A DNA stretch of 64,000 nt from positions 3,277 to 67,276 of the forward strand of contig JAZOLO010000009.1 of the NCBI GenBank assembly GCA_045653035.1, given 5' to 3'. The translations under genes and the position numbers were made by a program. Source of the DNA: Eubacteriales bacterium. GTDB taxonomy: Bacteria; Bacillota; Clostridia; Oscillospirales; SIG627. Under the pieces are notes generated by a model. It was not told the DNA's origin. It worked only from the letters and a program-made list of their open reading frames with translations, and searched no databases. Position 1 is the stretch's first letter. Each line of letters begins with the position of its first letter. Shown one piece after another: positions 17,773-26,855 of this stretch.

Positions 17773-20700
17773 TTATTTTATGATAACATCGAGTGATGCA
17801 CCGCCCATGTCAACTTCAGGTGCTACCCAATCAGCAGGGTTAGCAATTACGGCGCCTGAGAAGCCAAGCTTAACCTGTGCACGAAGTGTTGTACCAGTTA
17901 TAGATTCAGCATTATAAGTGTAGGAGAAGGTACCTGCAGGAGCAGTTACGCTGCCTGTGTAGGTTATTTCCTTGGTATGTGCTACTGAGCCTGTCCACTT
18001 GCCAGTTTTTTCGTCGTAGATGTTGTCATAGTAGTTGAGGTAAGCCTTGCCTGTTTCGGGATAGAACTCGATGAATTCACCTGAGTGAATCTCGGTGTTG
18101 AAGGTAATAGTGTTTCCGCCAATTGTAACACTGGGGTTCTTAGCAGGAGCATCAACTGCTGTGTAAGCCTTGATATCGTCTATCTTAACACCTGTAGTAT
18201 CACCTGCAACACCTATCTGTACCTCGTTTATACTCGAACGAGTGGGGTTAGCACGGTAGGTTTCGTAGATGTTGTATGCGTAGTTAAGGTTGCTGAATTT
18301 TGGGCCGGGGTGATCTGCGTTGTCAGCGTCGATGAGTATGAACTCTCTCCATCCTGTATGTGAGGTAGGAATGTAGTAGTCGGTACGTCCCTTTTCAGTT
18401 GATGTAGGTGAGGTAATGGAAATCATTACACCGCCGGTAGAGCTTCCGTTACCGAAAACGTTAACCTTGAATGCATAGTGCTTGGAAAGGTCAACAGGGG
18501 TTGAAAGAGACTTCTTACCTGTGAGAGTTGAAACTTCCTTTGTTTCATCTATATCAAGTAAGAGAACTTCGTTTTCAGAGTTTGTAGAGTATCTTTGCTC
18601 TATTCTGATGAAAGGTGTCTGTGCTGCAAAGGGGTTAGTGCCTTCGCCTGTTACAAAGAGCCTATCTGTCATATCAAATATCCTGTTGTAGATATATGAC
18701 ATTTCACGAAATGCATAAGTACCGTCAGCCTGCTTAAATACCTTGTATTCATATTTGCCGTCGCGTATCTGTGCCTTAACGTCTTCAGCAAAGTAACCCG
18801 CCTTACGAAGTCTTGAGTAAACACTGTAGTACATGAAGTTATCAGAGTGTCTTGTCGAGGATTCGTTTAAAAGCTCTGCAAAGTTGTTGTCAACGTTAGA
18901 GAAGTCGTTAGCGATAGCTATTGAACCCATGTGGTCAAGGTCATCGTGGAACATTGTCTTGTAGATAGTGTTCTTATACTCTTGGTTGCCATCTGGATCA
19001 AAGTTGAACCAACCGAGAATCGCTGTATAGAAAAGCTCGTTCTTTCTGGTTATATTTGCACTGTAGTGACCTATTGTATGAGCCTTGATAGCCTTTGTAG
19101 CAGAGTCGGTAGCACCTACTCGTCCTCTTGCGGGCCAATTAGTTCTGACGCCTGCGGAGTCTTCCATGATAGGAGTCTTTATACACTGAGAAAGAACTCT
19201 GCGATAGAATTCAGAATAGTAGTAATACTGGTGTTCAGCGGGAACAAATTTTATGAATGACTCGAGACCGTCAAGGTAGATGCAGTCGAAGTCACCTTCG
19301 TTGTAAGCCTTTGCTGTAAGGTCAGCTATGTGCCAAAAGAGATCGGAGCCTGCTTTGGGCTGGAATCCACCGTAGTAGCCCTGAAGCTGACGAATAACTG
19401 CACCGTCCGAGTGACGTGCGGGTGTTGTACCGAACATACCTCTCTTACAGTTGAGTAAGCCAGAGGAAGAACCATACTGAACATAAATGATTTCCTCGTC
19501 TATAAGAATGTAGCTTGAATCGCGTGTACCGCTGTACGGGATACCGTTACCACTGAATGCTGAAGCATCCTCGTATGTCTTTACATTTGTACGTGTCTTT
19601 GTAAGGTCACCGCGAAGAGTGTAGGTTGTTTCATTAAACTCGAAATCCTGCTGCCACTTGGGGTCTGACAAAATCGAAGTAGCCTCGCTTTTTACGAGAG
19701 AAGAATAGGTGTGAAGACCTATCTGAAGACCTGCGGCATGTGCAAGGTCAGAAATTCTTTCTTTGAATACAGAGCCGGGGATGAAGGTTCCCTCTTGTTT
19801 TTCAGACTCTGTTCTTGCAGAAATAAAGTTGAAGTCACCCTGTACGAAGATACTACCCTGATGTAAGTCTAACTGGTCAACTGAATACTTCTTTGCTGTA
19901 TCTATAATGTTATTGATGTTTGACAAATCAAAGTTGTTAGTGATGATTGCGTAGTCCTTGAAGAGGTCCTTGTTTTCTTCATCGTATGTGAAGGGGCCTC
20001 CACGTGTGGACATTATACCCTTTGAAGGATCTACTGCAAGAACTAGCTCCTTCATGATTTCCATATGCTCTTCCAAAAGAGTGAAAGCGATACCAACCTT
20101 AACACCCATAGTGTCAAAGCCGATAGTTGTGAGTGTATAAGCACCTACGAGAGAGGTATAGCCTCCGGGTACGGCGAGCTGATTTGCTCTTGTATCCATA
20201 AGGAGGTTTGATGCTCTAAATGTGCCAGGCTCTTCGGATGCGGTATAGTCGAAGTCGATTCTACCGAATGTGAGCTTGGAGAGAGCCTTTGAAATGTTGG
20301 AGTCAAGTTCTACTGTGAAGTAGTTGTCTTTAACGTCAACAATAAAGTAAGCCTCGTATCCGCCCTTAAAGGTGAACTTAAGTCTTCCGTCAACAAGCTC
20401 AAGCTTTGTAGGCTCGAAAAGAGCGCCTGATGCAGTATTAGCAAAAGCAAACCAAGGCTGAGAGTTTGTTGCAAGAACGTTCTTACCTGTGGGAAGGTAA
20501 ATAACGGAATCTACCTTACCGGTCTTCTTGTTAAGTGCAACTTTTATGTGCTTGTTTTGGAATGTAATGGCAGTTGATGTTTCAGTAAATACGTTGGGGT
20601 CAATATTGTAGAAGGAAACACTGTGAACGTTATTATTTGAAGCCATGAGTATCTGATACTCTGCCCAGTGACCTTCAATATCGCTGAATATGTTAGTAAG

Positions 20701-22365
20701 GTGCTCCTTGCTTACAGTATCCTTTGTTGCAAGAAGCGAGAGCATTCTGTTGATAACTGTAACAACCTCAGCTCTTGTGATTGTGGCATCGGGCTTAAAT
20801 GTACCGTCAGCATAACCGTTTACAAGACCTGCAGCTGCACCTGCAACAATTGCGTCATAGTATTTATGAGTTTCTGGAACGTCGGTGAACTTAATGGTTT
20901 CGGTTGCAACAAGGTTGGAAGCAAAGTATGCAAGTTCAACGAATTCAGCTCTTGTTATGGGCTGGTCTGGGAAGTACTTGTCAGAATCATTTGTAAAGTA
21001 GAAACCGTTAGCGTCAAGGTATGCGATGGCATCGTACGCCCAGTGACCTTCAACGTCGGTAAACTTTGTGGTGTTACCTGTGGGAATATCCTGAGTACCT
21101 GCAAGAAGCCTTGCGAAAATAGTGGATGCTTCGGCCTTTGTCATATTGTTGTTGGGCAAGAAAAGATTGCCTGCATAACCGTTGATATAAGCCTTATTTG
21201 CACCATTAGCCTGTGCGGGTGCCTTGGGAAGAAGAGTTACTGGGTCGGGATCGGGAAGGTCTGAAAGATTGAGTTTTACAACAACCTTAGATTCTTCTAT
21301 GTATGCACCAATCTTATTTTCATAGGGGACAGCATATCTGAGGTCAAGAGCACTCTCAGCTTCGGAAAACTTTGCAAGAACAGGAAATGCACCTGAAATG
21401 CTGTATCCGTTAACAAGGTTAGCAAGCACGGAAGCTGTTTCGTAGCCTCTGGCGTTTTTAAACTTGGTTACAACAATGTCTTTACCGGGCTCAGCATTAG
21501 CTGACATTATCATAACGATATTGTCAAACTGAGAAATTGCATAGTTCCATATCTGCTCGCCGTCGAAAGGCTTACCTTTCAATGCCATATTAGTGGTCAA
21601 GGTGGAGTTACCCTTTACAGGAGCGTTGGTGTATGTGTAAACTGTAGGGTCGAACTGTGTAAACATAGCACCGTTCTTGTCAACGAATGATGTCGTAAAT
21701 ACAAACGCTCTCTTGTCGGTGTGTGTAGCGTTAGTGGTCTTGAACCAGTCGAGTACTGCAATCTGAGGATATGCTTCGAGGTTATAAACCACGTACTTTG
21801 TATTACCTTGCTTTACAATAACAGCGAAGTTGTTGTTATCATAGCTGTCGATAACAATATCAGGGGAGCCACCGGTGTAATCCTCTGTTCCAAAATGATT
21901 TGCAACGAAATTGTTACGAACAAGACCCTGTCCGTAGTAGTCGCTCAGATGAAGAGATATACCGTAAGGAACGTTCACTTCTGTGAGAAGGGAAGCAAAA
22001 TTCTTAAGAGTGGTATACTCTTTGATCATTTCCTTGTCGGCATCGTTTTTTGCAATAACGTTGTCAACATTTTTACCGGAATTGCTGTAAAGGTGTTTTG
22101 AGCCGGAAGAAATATTTCCGATAAATCCTACGTACTTAATGTTGTACTTGTTTGCATAGTCAACGAGCCAGTAGCAAGCATCCTCAAGGGGATCGGTATT
22201 AACCAAATCACCTAAGAAGGGCTTTATGCCGTTGAAACTTGCAAGTACAATTTCATCATCAGCTACGTAGTCATCTTCAAAGGGGACGTATCCTGCAACA
22301 GATACAGCCGAAAGAAGAATTGTAATAGCGAGGATAGATAAAATGGTTGCGAGTAATTTTTTCAT
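17773..22365 (-). CDS. Secreted SLH-domain protein (1530 aa) with a degenerate metallophosphoesterase-like N-domain and a putative glycoside-hydrolase-like C-module
   Basis: Signal peptide; SLH repeats (GYADGTFKPDATITRAEVV); shared blocks QGDFNF.SAR, D.IYLDG.ES, GWFNF.P, PFIRIEQRYST. Confidence 0.8.
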   Translation of the reverse strand: MKKLLATILSILAITILLSAVSVAGYVPFEDDYVADDEIVLASFNGIKPFLGDLVNTDPLEDACYWLVDYANKYNIKYVGFIGNISSGSKHLYSNSGKNVDNVIAKNDADKEMIKEYTTLKNFASLLTEVNVPYGISLHLSDYYGQGLVRNNFVANHFGTEDYTGGSPDIVIDSYDNNNFAVIVKQGNTKYVVYNLEAYPQIAVLDWFKTTNATHTDKRAFVFTTSFVDKNGAMFTQFDPTVYTYTNAPVKGNSTLTTNMALKGKPFDGEQIWNYAISQFDNIVMIMSANAEPGKDIVVTKFKNARGYETASVLANLVNGYSISGAFPVLAKFSEAESALDLRYAVPYENKIGAYIEESKVVVKLNLSDLPDPDPVTLLPKAPAQANGANKAYINGYAGNLFLPNNNMTKAEASTIFARLLAGTQDIPTGNTTKFTDVEGHWAYDAIAYLDANGFYFTNDSDKYFPDQPITRAEFVELAYFASNLVATETIKFTDVPETHKYYDAIVAGAAAGLVNGYADGTFKPDATITRAEVVTVINRMLSLLATKDTVSKEHLTNIFSDIEGHWAEYQILMASNNNVHSVSFYNIDPNVFTETSTAITFQNKHIKVALNKKTGKVDSVIYLPTGKNVLATNSQPWFAFANTASGALFEPTKLELVDGRLKFTFKGGYEAYFIVDVKDNYFTVELDSNISKALSKLTFGRIDFDYTASEEPGTFRASNLLMDTRANQLAVPGGYTSLVGAYTLTTIGFDTMGVKVGIAFTLLEEHMEIMKELVLAVDPSKGIMSTRGGPFTYDEENKDLFKDYAIITNNFDLSNINNIIDTAKKYSVDQLDLHQGSIFVQGDFNFISARTESEKQEGTFIPGSVFKERISDLAHAAGLQIGLHTYSSLVKSEATSILSDPKWQQDFEFNETTYTLRGDLTKTRTNVKTYEDASAFSGNGIPYSGTRDSSYILIDEEIIYVQYGSSSGLLNCKRGMFGTTPARHSDGAVIRQLQGYYGGFQPKAGSDLFWHIADLTAKAYNEGDFDCIYLDGLESFIKFVPAEHQYYYYSEFYRRVLSQCIKTPIMEDSAGVRTNWPARGRVGATDSATKAIKAHTIGHYSANITRKNELFYTAILGWFNFDPDGNQEYKNTIYKTMFHDDLDHMGSIAIANDFSNVDNNFAELLNESSTRHSDNFMYYSVYSRLRKAGYFAEDVKAQIRDGKYEYKVFKQADGTYAFREMSYIYNRIFDMTDRLFVTGEGTNPFAAQTPFIRIEQRYSTNSENEVLLLDIDETKEVSTLTGKKSLSTPVDLSKHYAFKVNVFGNGSSTGGVMISITSPTSTEKGRTDYYIPTSHTGWREFILIDADNADHPGPKFSNLNYAYNIYETYRANPTRSSINEVQIGVAGDTTGVKIDDIKAYTAVDAPAKNPSVTIGGNTITFNTEIHSGEFIEFYPETGKAYLNYYDNIYDEKTGKWTGSVAHTKEITYTGSVTAPAGTFSYTYNAESITGTTLRAQVKLGFSGAVIANPADWVAPEVDMGGASLDVIIK

Positions 22366-22563
22366 CTGCTGTTTCTCCTTAAAAATAATTTATTATTATC
22401 CAACAATATTTTACCTTAAATACTTGTGAATGTCAATAACGTTGGTAATGTTAGGAGAAACAGATTTTTTTAAAAAAATATGTGCAAAATAAACAAACAT
22501 AGTTTGTGTTGAGACTAGGTGTTTAATTTTTTAAAACAAATTTGATTGAAAGCGAAAAAACTA

Positions 22564-22592
22564 TTGACTTTTTAAATTTTCTTTGATATAAT
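22564..22592 (+). promoter_or_regulatory. SigA promoter of tRNA-Ser
   Basis: TTGACT-N17-TATAAT. Confidence 0.8.
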
Positions 22593-22614
22593 CTACCAGT
22601 ACATTGAGGTGTAC

Positions 22615-22706
22615 GGAAAGGTGGCTGAGCTGGTCTAAGGCGCACGACTGGAAATCGTGTGTCGGCTAATACCCGACCGAGGGTTCGAATCCCTCCCTTT
22701 CCGCCA
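22615..22706 (+). tRNA. tRNA-Ser (GGA)
   Basis: Acceptor stem GGAAAGG/CCTTTCC, anticodon arm CACGA-CT-GGA-AA-TCGTG, long variable arm, GGTTCGAATCC T-arm, encoded CCA. Confidence 0.97.
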
Positions 22707-22707
22707 G

Positions 22708-22739
22708 AAAAAACCGTCGACATTTGTCGGCGGTTTTTT
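22708..22739 (+). terminator. Terminator after tRNA-Ser
   Basis: AAAAAACCGTCGACA-tt-TGTCGGCGGTTTTTT. Confidence 0.85.
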
Positions 22740-22740
22740 C

Positions 22741-22915
22741 AATGAAATAAATCCCTTTCAGGATTTGTAAAATATGCCTATCGGCATATGCAAAAGCTTC
22801 GCTATGAAATACGCCTTGCGGCGTGTGGGTTTATTTCATTTCACAGAAAGCGTAAGCTTTCTATTTTACAATTTTCAAAGTAAATTATTTCACATCAACG
22901 AAGTTGATATTTCAC
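22741..22915. repeat. Composite palindromic multi-hairpin element
   Basis: Left arm has TGAAAT-like units each followed by a hairpin; right arm has ATTTCAC-like units separated by hairpins. Confidence 0.75.
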
Positions 22916-23095
22916 TCTGAACTTTTCTTTTGAAAAGCTCCACCTCTCTACTTTGACAAGAGTCATGCTTTTTTTATTTTTACAAAAAGTGTCACCCATC
23001 ATTGACAATTACACAGTTTTTTATTTCTTAACCTTGACTCGATTATTATTTTATGCTACAATATATTACAAATAACTGAAAGAGAGGATACTGAT

Positions 23096-24088
23096 TTGAA
23101 AAATACAATAACAGCGGTAAGTTTAGCACTCATTCTTGCGTTTTGTATGATAAGTGTTACCGCTTTTGACGATATGCCAAATGACTGGTCGACTGTGGCT
23201 TTGCAAAGTGCCGTAGATAACGGACTTTTAAAGGGAACAGATAACAAGCTTCTGCCTAAAGACAAGCTTACTCGTGCACAGATGGCTACCATTCTTGTAA
23301 GAGCCCTTGGTGCTACGGAAACTACCGACATATCACAGTTTACCGATGTTCCGAAAAATGCATGGTATTACAGTGCTATGGCAACCGCTTATAAAATGGG
23401 GATTTTTAAAGGCGATGGTGCAGGTAAAATGAGTCCCGATGCCTTTATAACAAGACAGGAAGCCTTTGTAGTGTTGGCACGTGCATTCAATCTTAAAGCT
23501 TCCACAACGTCTGCCATTGAAAAATTTAACGATTTTGATAAGGTTGCCACATGGGCAAGACCAGAAATTGAAGCGCTTGTAGTTAACGGATACGTCGGAG
23601 GAAGCGGCGGTATGCTCAATCCGCTTTCCAATATAACAAGAGCTGAATTTTCACAGGTAATGTATAACCTTAATAAGGCTTACGTTGATAGCCTTTTGGA
23701 TCTTAATTCTCTTGGAAACGTTAAGGGTAACGTTATTATCCGAGGAAGTGAAATAACCAATATACAGAATGTGACAATAAACGGTGACCTTATTATTGGT
23801 GACGGCATGTCGCGGAATATGACCTTCAAAAACGTTAAGGTCAACGGCAGACTCGTTATAAGAACTACAGGTAACGTTTCCTTCGACGGCAGTGCACAAG
23901 AGCTTGTAATTGCCTTTGATAATACAACGGTTACAAAGTCAAGCACTTCTGTTATAAACAAAAGTACAATAAATGGCAATAACTCCTTTCTAAAAACCGA
24001 ATCCGATTTGGGAACAGGCACGGATACGGGTACAGGTACAGTAACTCCTCCTGAAAAAGAAGAAGATATTTGGACTGACTTCCATTAA
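23096..24088 (+). CDS. SLH-domain surface protein
   Basis: TTG start after GAGGA RBS; signal peptide; three SLH repeats (LTRAQMA, ITRQEAF, ITRAEFS); GT-rich tail. Confidence 0.88.
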   Translation: MKNTITAVSLALILAFCMISVTAFDDMPNDWSTVALQSAVDNGLLKGTDNKLLPKDKLTRAQMATILVRALGATETTDISQFTDVPKNAWYYSAMATAYKMGIFKGDGAGKMSPDAFITRQEAFVVLARAFNLKASTTSAIEKFNDFDKVATWARPEIEALVVNGYVGGSGGMLNPLSNITRAEFSQVMYNLNKAYVDSLLDLNSLGNVKGNVIIRGSEITNIQNVTINGDLIIGDGMSRNMTFKNVKVNGRLVIRTTGNVSFDGSAQELVIAFDNTTVTKSSTSVINKSTINGNNSFLKTESDLGTGTDTGTGTVTPPEKEEDIWTDFH

Positions 24089-24092
24089 AAAA

Positions 24093-24127
24093 CAAGTCTT
24101 GCACCGCAGTGCAAGACTTATTTTTTA
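24093..24127. terminator. Bidirectional terminator
   Basis: AAGTCTTGCAC-cgca-GTGCAAGACTT between convergent genes. Confidence 0.8.
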
Positions 24128-25735
24128 TTTCTTTATTTTATTTCTTAAACTTAAAAGCCTACGACCTGCAGGAAGGTCCAGAAGTTCATCGTCATTGAAT
24201 GTTTTTGATGCAAGAATAAGCACACCGTATACGATAACAGCCACAGGGAGAGAAACTACCATTGAGAAAAGCAAGTTGTTGGTTATTGTATTCGTAACGT
24301 AATAAACGGAATAGGTTACGACTCCCATGAAAGCCGATATAAAAACAGGCAGCAAAAAAACGTTTTTTATTTTCGGGGAATAAGATGTTTCTGATTTCAG
24401 CGTAGCGTAGTTAAGAAAAGCTGTGACAAGAGGGAATGTAACGTCGGCTATAAGCCTTGCGTATATTCCAAGCGATGTGAACTTCAAAAGAAAGTAAATC
24501 AAAGCAGTATGAAATGTAAAGGAAATAAATGCATTAACTACAGGAGCTCTCATTTTCCCATTACCCTGTAAAACGGATGTAGTAATAATTGATAATGAAT
24601 AAAATACACAACCTACAGATCCGTATTTAAGCAGAGCAATTGCTACCTCGCGGTAGGTTACAAGACTTGGAAAAAGCACCGTCATTATTGGTCTTGCAAG
24701 AACTGCGAGTCCTACGGCAGAGGGTATCGATACAGCCATCGTAAGCTTAATTACACCATCAATCTTTTGATTTTTTTCTTCATGCCGTCCTTCGGTAAAA
24801 AGTCTTACAACTGCAGGAAGAGTAGAGGCTGCAAGTGCTGTTGAAATAGCAATGGGCAGATTTACAAGTCCTGAATACTGTGTATTGAACACTCCTTGTA
24901 AAGAGGAAATAGCCTTGTCCGTAAGACCATTCGCTTCCATAACATTTCCGAAAATCAAATCGTCAACAGTAAAGCTTATCTGAAATACTGTCTGACTAAG
25001 TATTATGGGAATCATTGTAAGAACTATTTCTCGATATGTGTCACGTTTCCTTTCGGTCTCGTAAGTATCACTGTTTATTTCGATTCTTATCGCACTCAGT
25101 CTTGATATGAAGAAAAGAGAGAGCATTATGAGAGCACCGAAAGCACCAGCTAGAGTACCCATTGTAGCTCCTGCCGCACCGATTGCAGATGAGCCGTAAT
25201 TTTTTATAAAGAGCCAAGTGGCAAAAATACTGACTATTGCATTTATTATTTGTTCAATAATTTGTGAGAGAGCCGTGGGAAGCATATTTGAATGTCCCTG
25301 AAAATATCCTCTGAATACTCCCAAAAGAGCTACGATAAAGGTGGTTGGTGCGAGTACTCGTAAGGGGTACATAAGCCCCGATCTTCCATAAAGTGCTTCA
25401 AGAAATTCCGCACCGAAGAAAAGAACACAAAAGGCAGATGTACCTGCAATAAGAGCAAATACCAAAGCTCTTTTGAAAAGAATATAAGCATTTTTTTTGC
25501 TCTTTACTGCAAGTCTTTCCGACACAAGCTTTGAAAGAGCAAGGGGAAGCGAATAAGAGGAGAGTGTAAGTGCTACGTTATAAATACCAAAGGCCACAGA
25601 GTAAATTCCGTTTCCTTCCTCGCCAAGCATATTCGCCATGGGAATTCTATAAATAAAGCCAATTATTTTAGTTATTATTCCTGCAAGGGCAAGAATTACA
25701 CCCTGAACAATAAGAGAGTTATTTTTCTTTTTCAT
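24125..25735 (-). CDS. MOP-superfamily flippase (SpoVB/MurJ-like polysaccharide biosynthesis protein)
   Basis: KIIGFIYRIP..LGEEG.GIY, RGYFQG..NM.PTA.SQIIEQI; ~14 TM segments. Start placed at ATG 25735 after GAGGTG. Confidence 0.88.
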   Translation of the reverse strand: MKKKNNSLIVQGVILALAGIITKIIGFIYRIPMANMLGEEGNGIYSVAFGIYNVALTLSSYSLPLALSKLVSERLAVKSKKNAYILFKRALVFALIAGTSAFCVLFFGAEFLEALYGRSGLMYPLRVLAPTTFIVALLGVFRGYFQGHSNMLPTALSQIIEQIINAIVSIFATWLFIKNYGSSAIGAAGATMGTLAGAFGALIMLSLFFISRLSAIRIEINSDTYETERKRDTYREIVLTMIPIILSQTVFQISFTVDDLIFGNVMEANGLTDKAISSLQGVFNTQYSGLVNLPIAISTALAASTLPAVVRLFTEGRHEEKNQKIDGVIKLTMAVSIPSAVGLAVLARPIMTVLFPSLVTYREVAIALLKYGSVGCVFYSLSIITTSVLQGNGKMRAPVVNAFISFTFHTALIYFLLKFTSLGIYARLIADVTFPLVTAFLNYATLKSETSYSPKIKNVFLLPVFISAFMGVVTYSVYYVTNTITNNLLFSMVVSLPVAVIVYGVLILASKTFNDDELLDLPAGRRLLSLRNKIKK

Positions 25736-25753
25736 AAAGCACCTCATTGATTT

Positions 25754-25782
25754 ATAATAACACTTTTTGCCTTTACTGTCAA
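25754..25782 (-). promoter_or_regulatory. SigA promoter of the flippase gene
   Basis: TTGACA-N17-TATTAT on the minus strand. Confidence 0.65.
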
Positions 25783-25809
25783 TAACTGCGTTTTCAACAA
25801 TCGACGTTC

Positions 25810-26367
25810 ATGCCAATGATAATCGGTGAAATAAGAAGATACCTTCGAGACAACAACATGATAAGGGTAAGCCGTTCTGTAAGAGATATAGCATATAAAG
25901 CACTATCAGCAAAGGAAAAGCTCAATTCAATACTATCAAGAGAACCAACCCTTGAAGAACTGACAAACGAGGTTAACAGACGTGCCGTTCTTGAGGCAGA
26001 GGAAAAAAAACGTGTTGAGGGGATTGATATACCACCTGTAGTTTATACTGAAAAGATGATATCCAATGCTCTTGATGCTGTGGTAGCACCCGTATCACTT
26101 TTTGAACCTGTGTACTCCGACAACGGTGATTCGATTTTTATAATGGACCAGCTATGCGACAATAAAAACAACGATGGCGTGTGGACTGAGAGTATCGCAA
26201 TATCCGAGGCTATGAAAAAGCTTTCTGAGAGGAAAAGTAAAATAATAAATATGCGTTTCTTTATGGAGAATACTCAGATGGAGGTAGCGGAAGAAGTAGG
26301 CATAAGTCAGGCACAGGTATCCCGTCTTGAAAAGGGAGCGCTTGAGCAAATAAAGAAAAATATATAA
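25810..26367 (+). pseudogene. sigG: 3' half of sporulation sigma factor SigG (regions 2.4 to 4 only; split or truncated gene)
   Basis: PMIIGEIRRYLRDNN.IRVSRS.RDIAYKAL, PVSLFEPVY.D.GD.I..MDQ and TQMEVAEE.GISQAQVSRLEK match SigG rather than SigF. In-frame TAA at 25783-25785, no RBS, ~100 N-terminal residues absent. Confidence 0.85.
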
Positions 26368-26370
26368 AAA

Positions 26371-26400
26371 TAAGATGAACGTCATTTGACGTTCATCTTA
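26371..26400. terminator. Bidirectional terminator between the sigG fragment and yajC
   Basis: TAAGATGAACGTCA-tt-TGACGTTCATCTTA. Confidence 0.8.
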
Positions 26401-26403
26401 AAA

Positions 26404-26778
26404 TTATTCTTTTATTTCGGGTGCTTCTTTATTTGCTTTGGTCTCTTCCTTGGTAGTGTTGTCACGGGGCATAGGGTTAACGATCTCTCTTACTGCCCAG
26501 CGGTAAATTTTCATCTTGGTTCTGTCCTTGTTGATCTCAAGAGTAAGGATATCTTCTTTTATCGTGCAAACTCTGCCAATAATACCGCCGTTAGTACAGA
26601 TCTCATCGCCTACTATTATGCTGTTACGCATATTTGCAATTTCTTTTTCCTGCTTCTTCTGAGGTCTTATCATGAAGAAATACATCACCACAAAAAGAAC
26701 TACCATCATAACAATCATTGACATTCCTCCGCCTGCACCTGCAGTGGTGGCTGTCGATGCTTCAAAAATACCTAACAT
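26404..26778 (-). CDS. yajC: Preprotein translocase subunit YajC
   Basis: YFFMIRPQKKQEK, GDEICTNGGIIG; GGAGG RBS before ATG 26778. Confidence 0.93.
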   Translation of the reverse strand: MLGIFEASTATTAGAGGGMSMIVMMVVLFVVMYFFMIRPQKKQEKEIANMRNSIIVGDEICTNGGIIGRVCTIKEDILTLEINKDRTKMKIYRWAVREIVNPMPRDNTTKEETKANKEAPEIKE

Positions 26779-26855
26779 TTTTATTTCCTCCAAATAATAA
26801 TCATCGTCTTATTATACAGTAATAAAGGTAAAAAAGTCAATAGATAAATTGTAAA

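Noticed and set aside
22523-22723. 66-aa minus-strand ORF
   Set aside because: Antisense shadow of tRNA-Ser.
22706-23090. Genomic island integrated at tRNA-Ser
   Set aside because: No integrase next to the tRNA and no direct repeat of its 3' end seen downstream.
25810-26367. Intact alternative sigma factor, or sigF
   Set aside because: It lacks regions 2.1-2.3 and an RBS. RRYLRDNN, DIAYKAL and PVSLFEP are SigG residues, not SigF (RF.RDDG).
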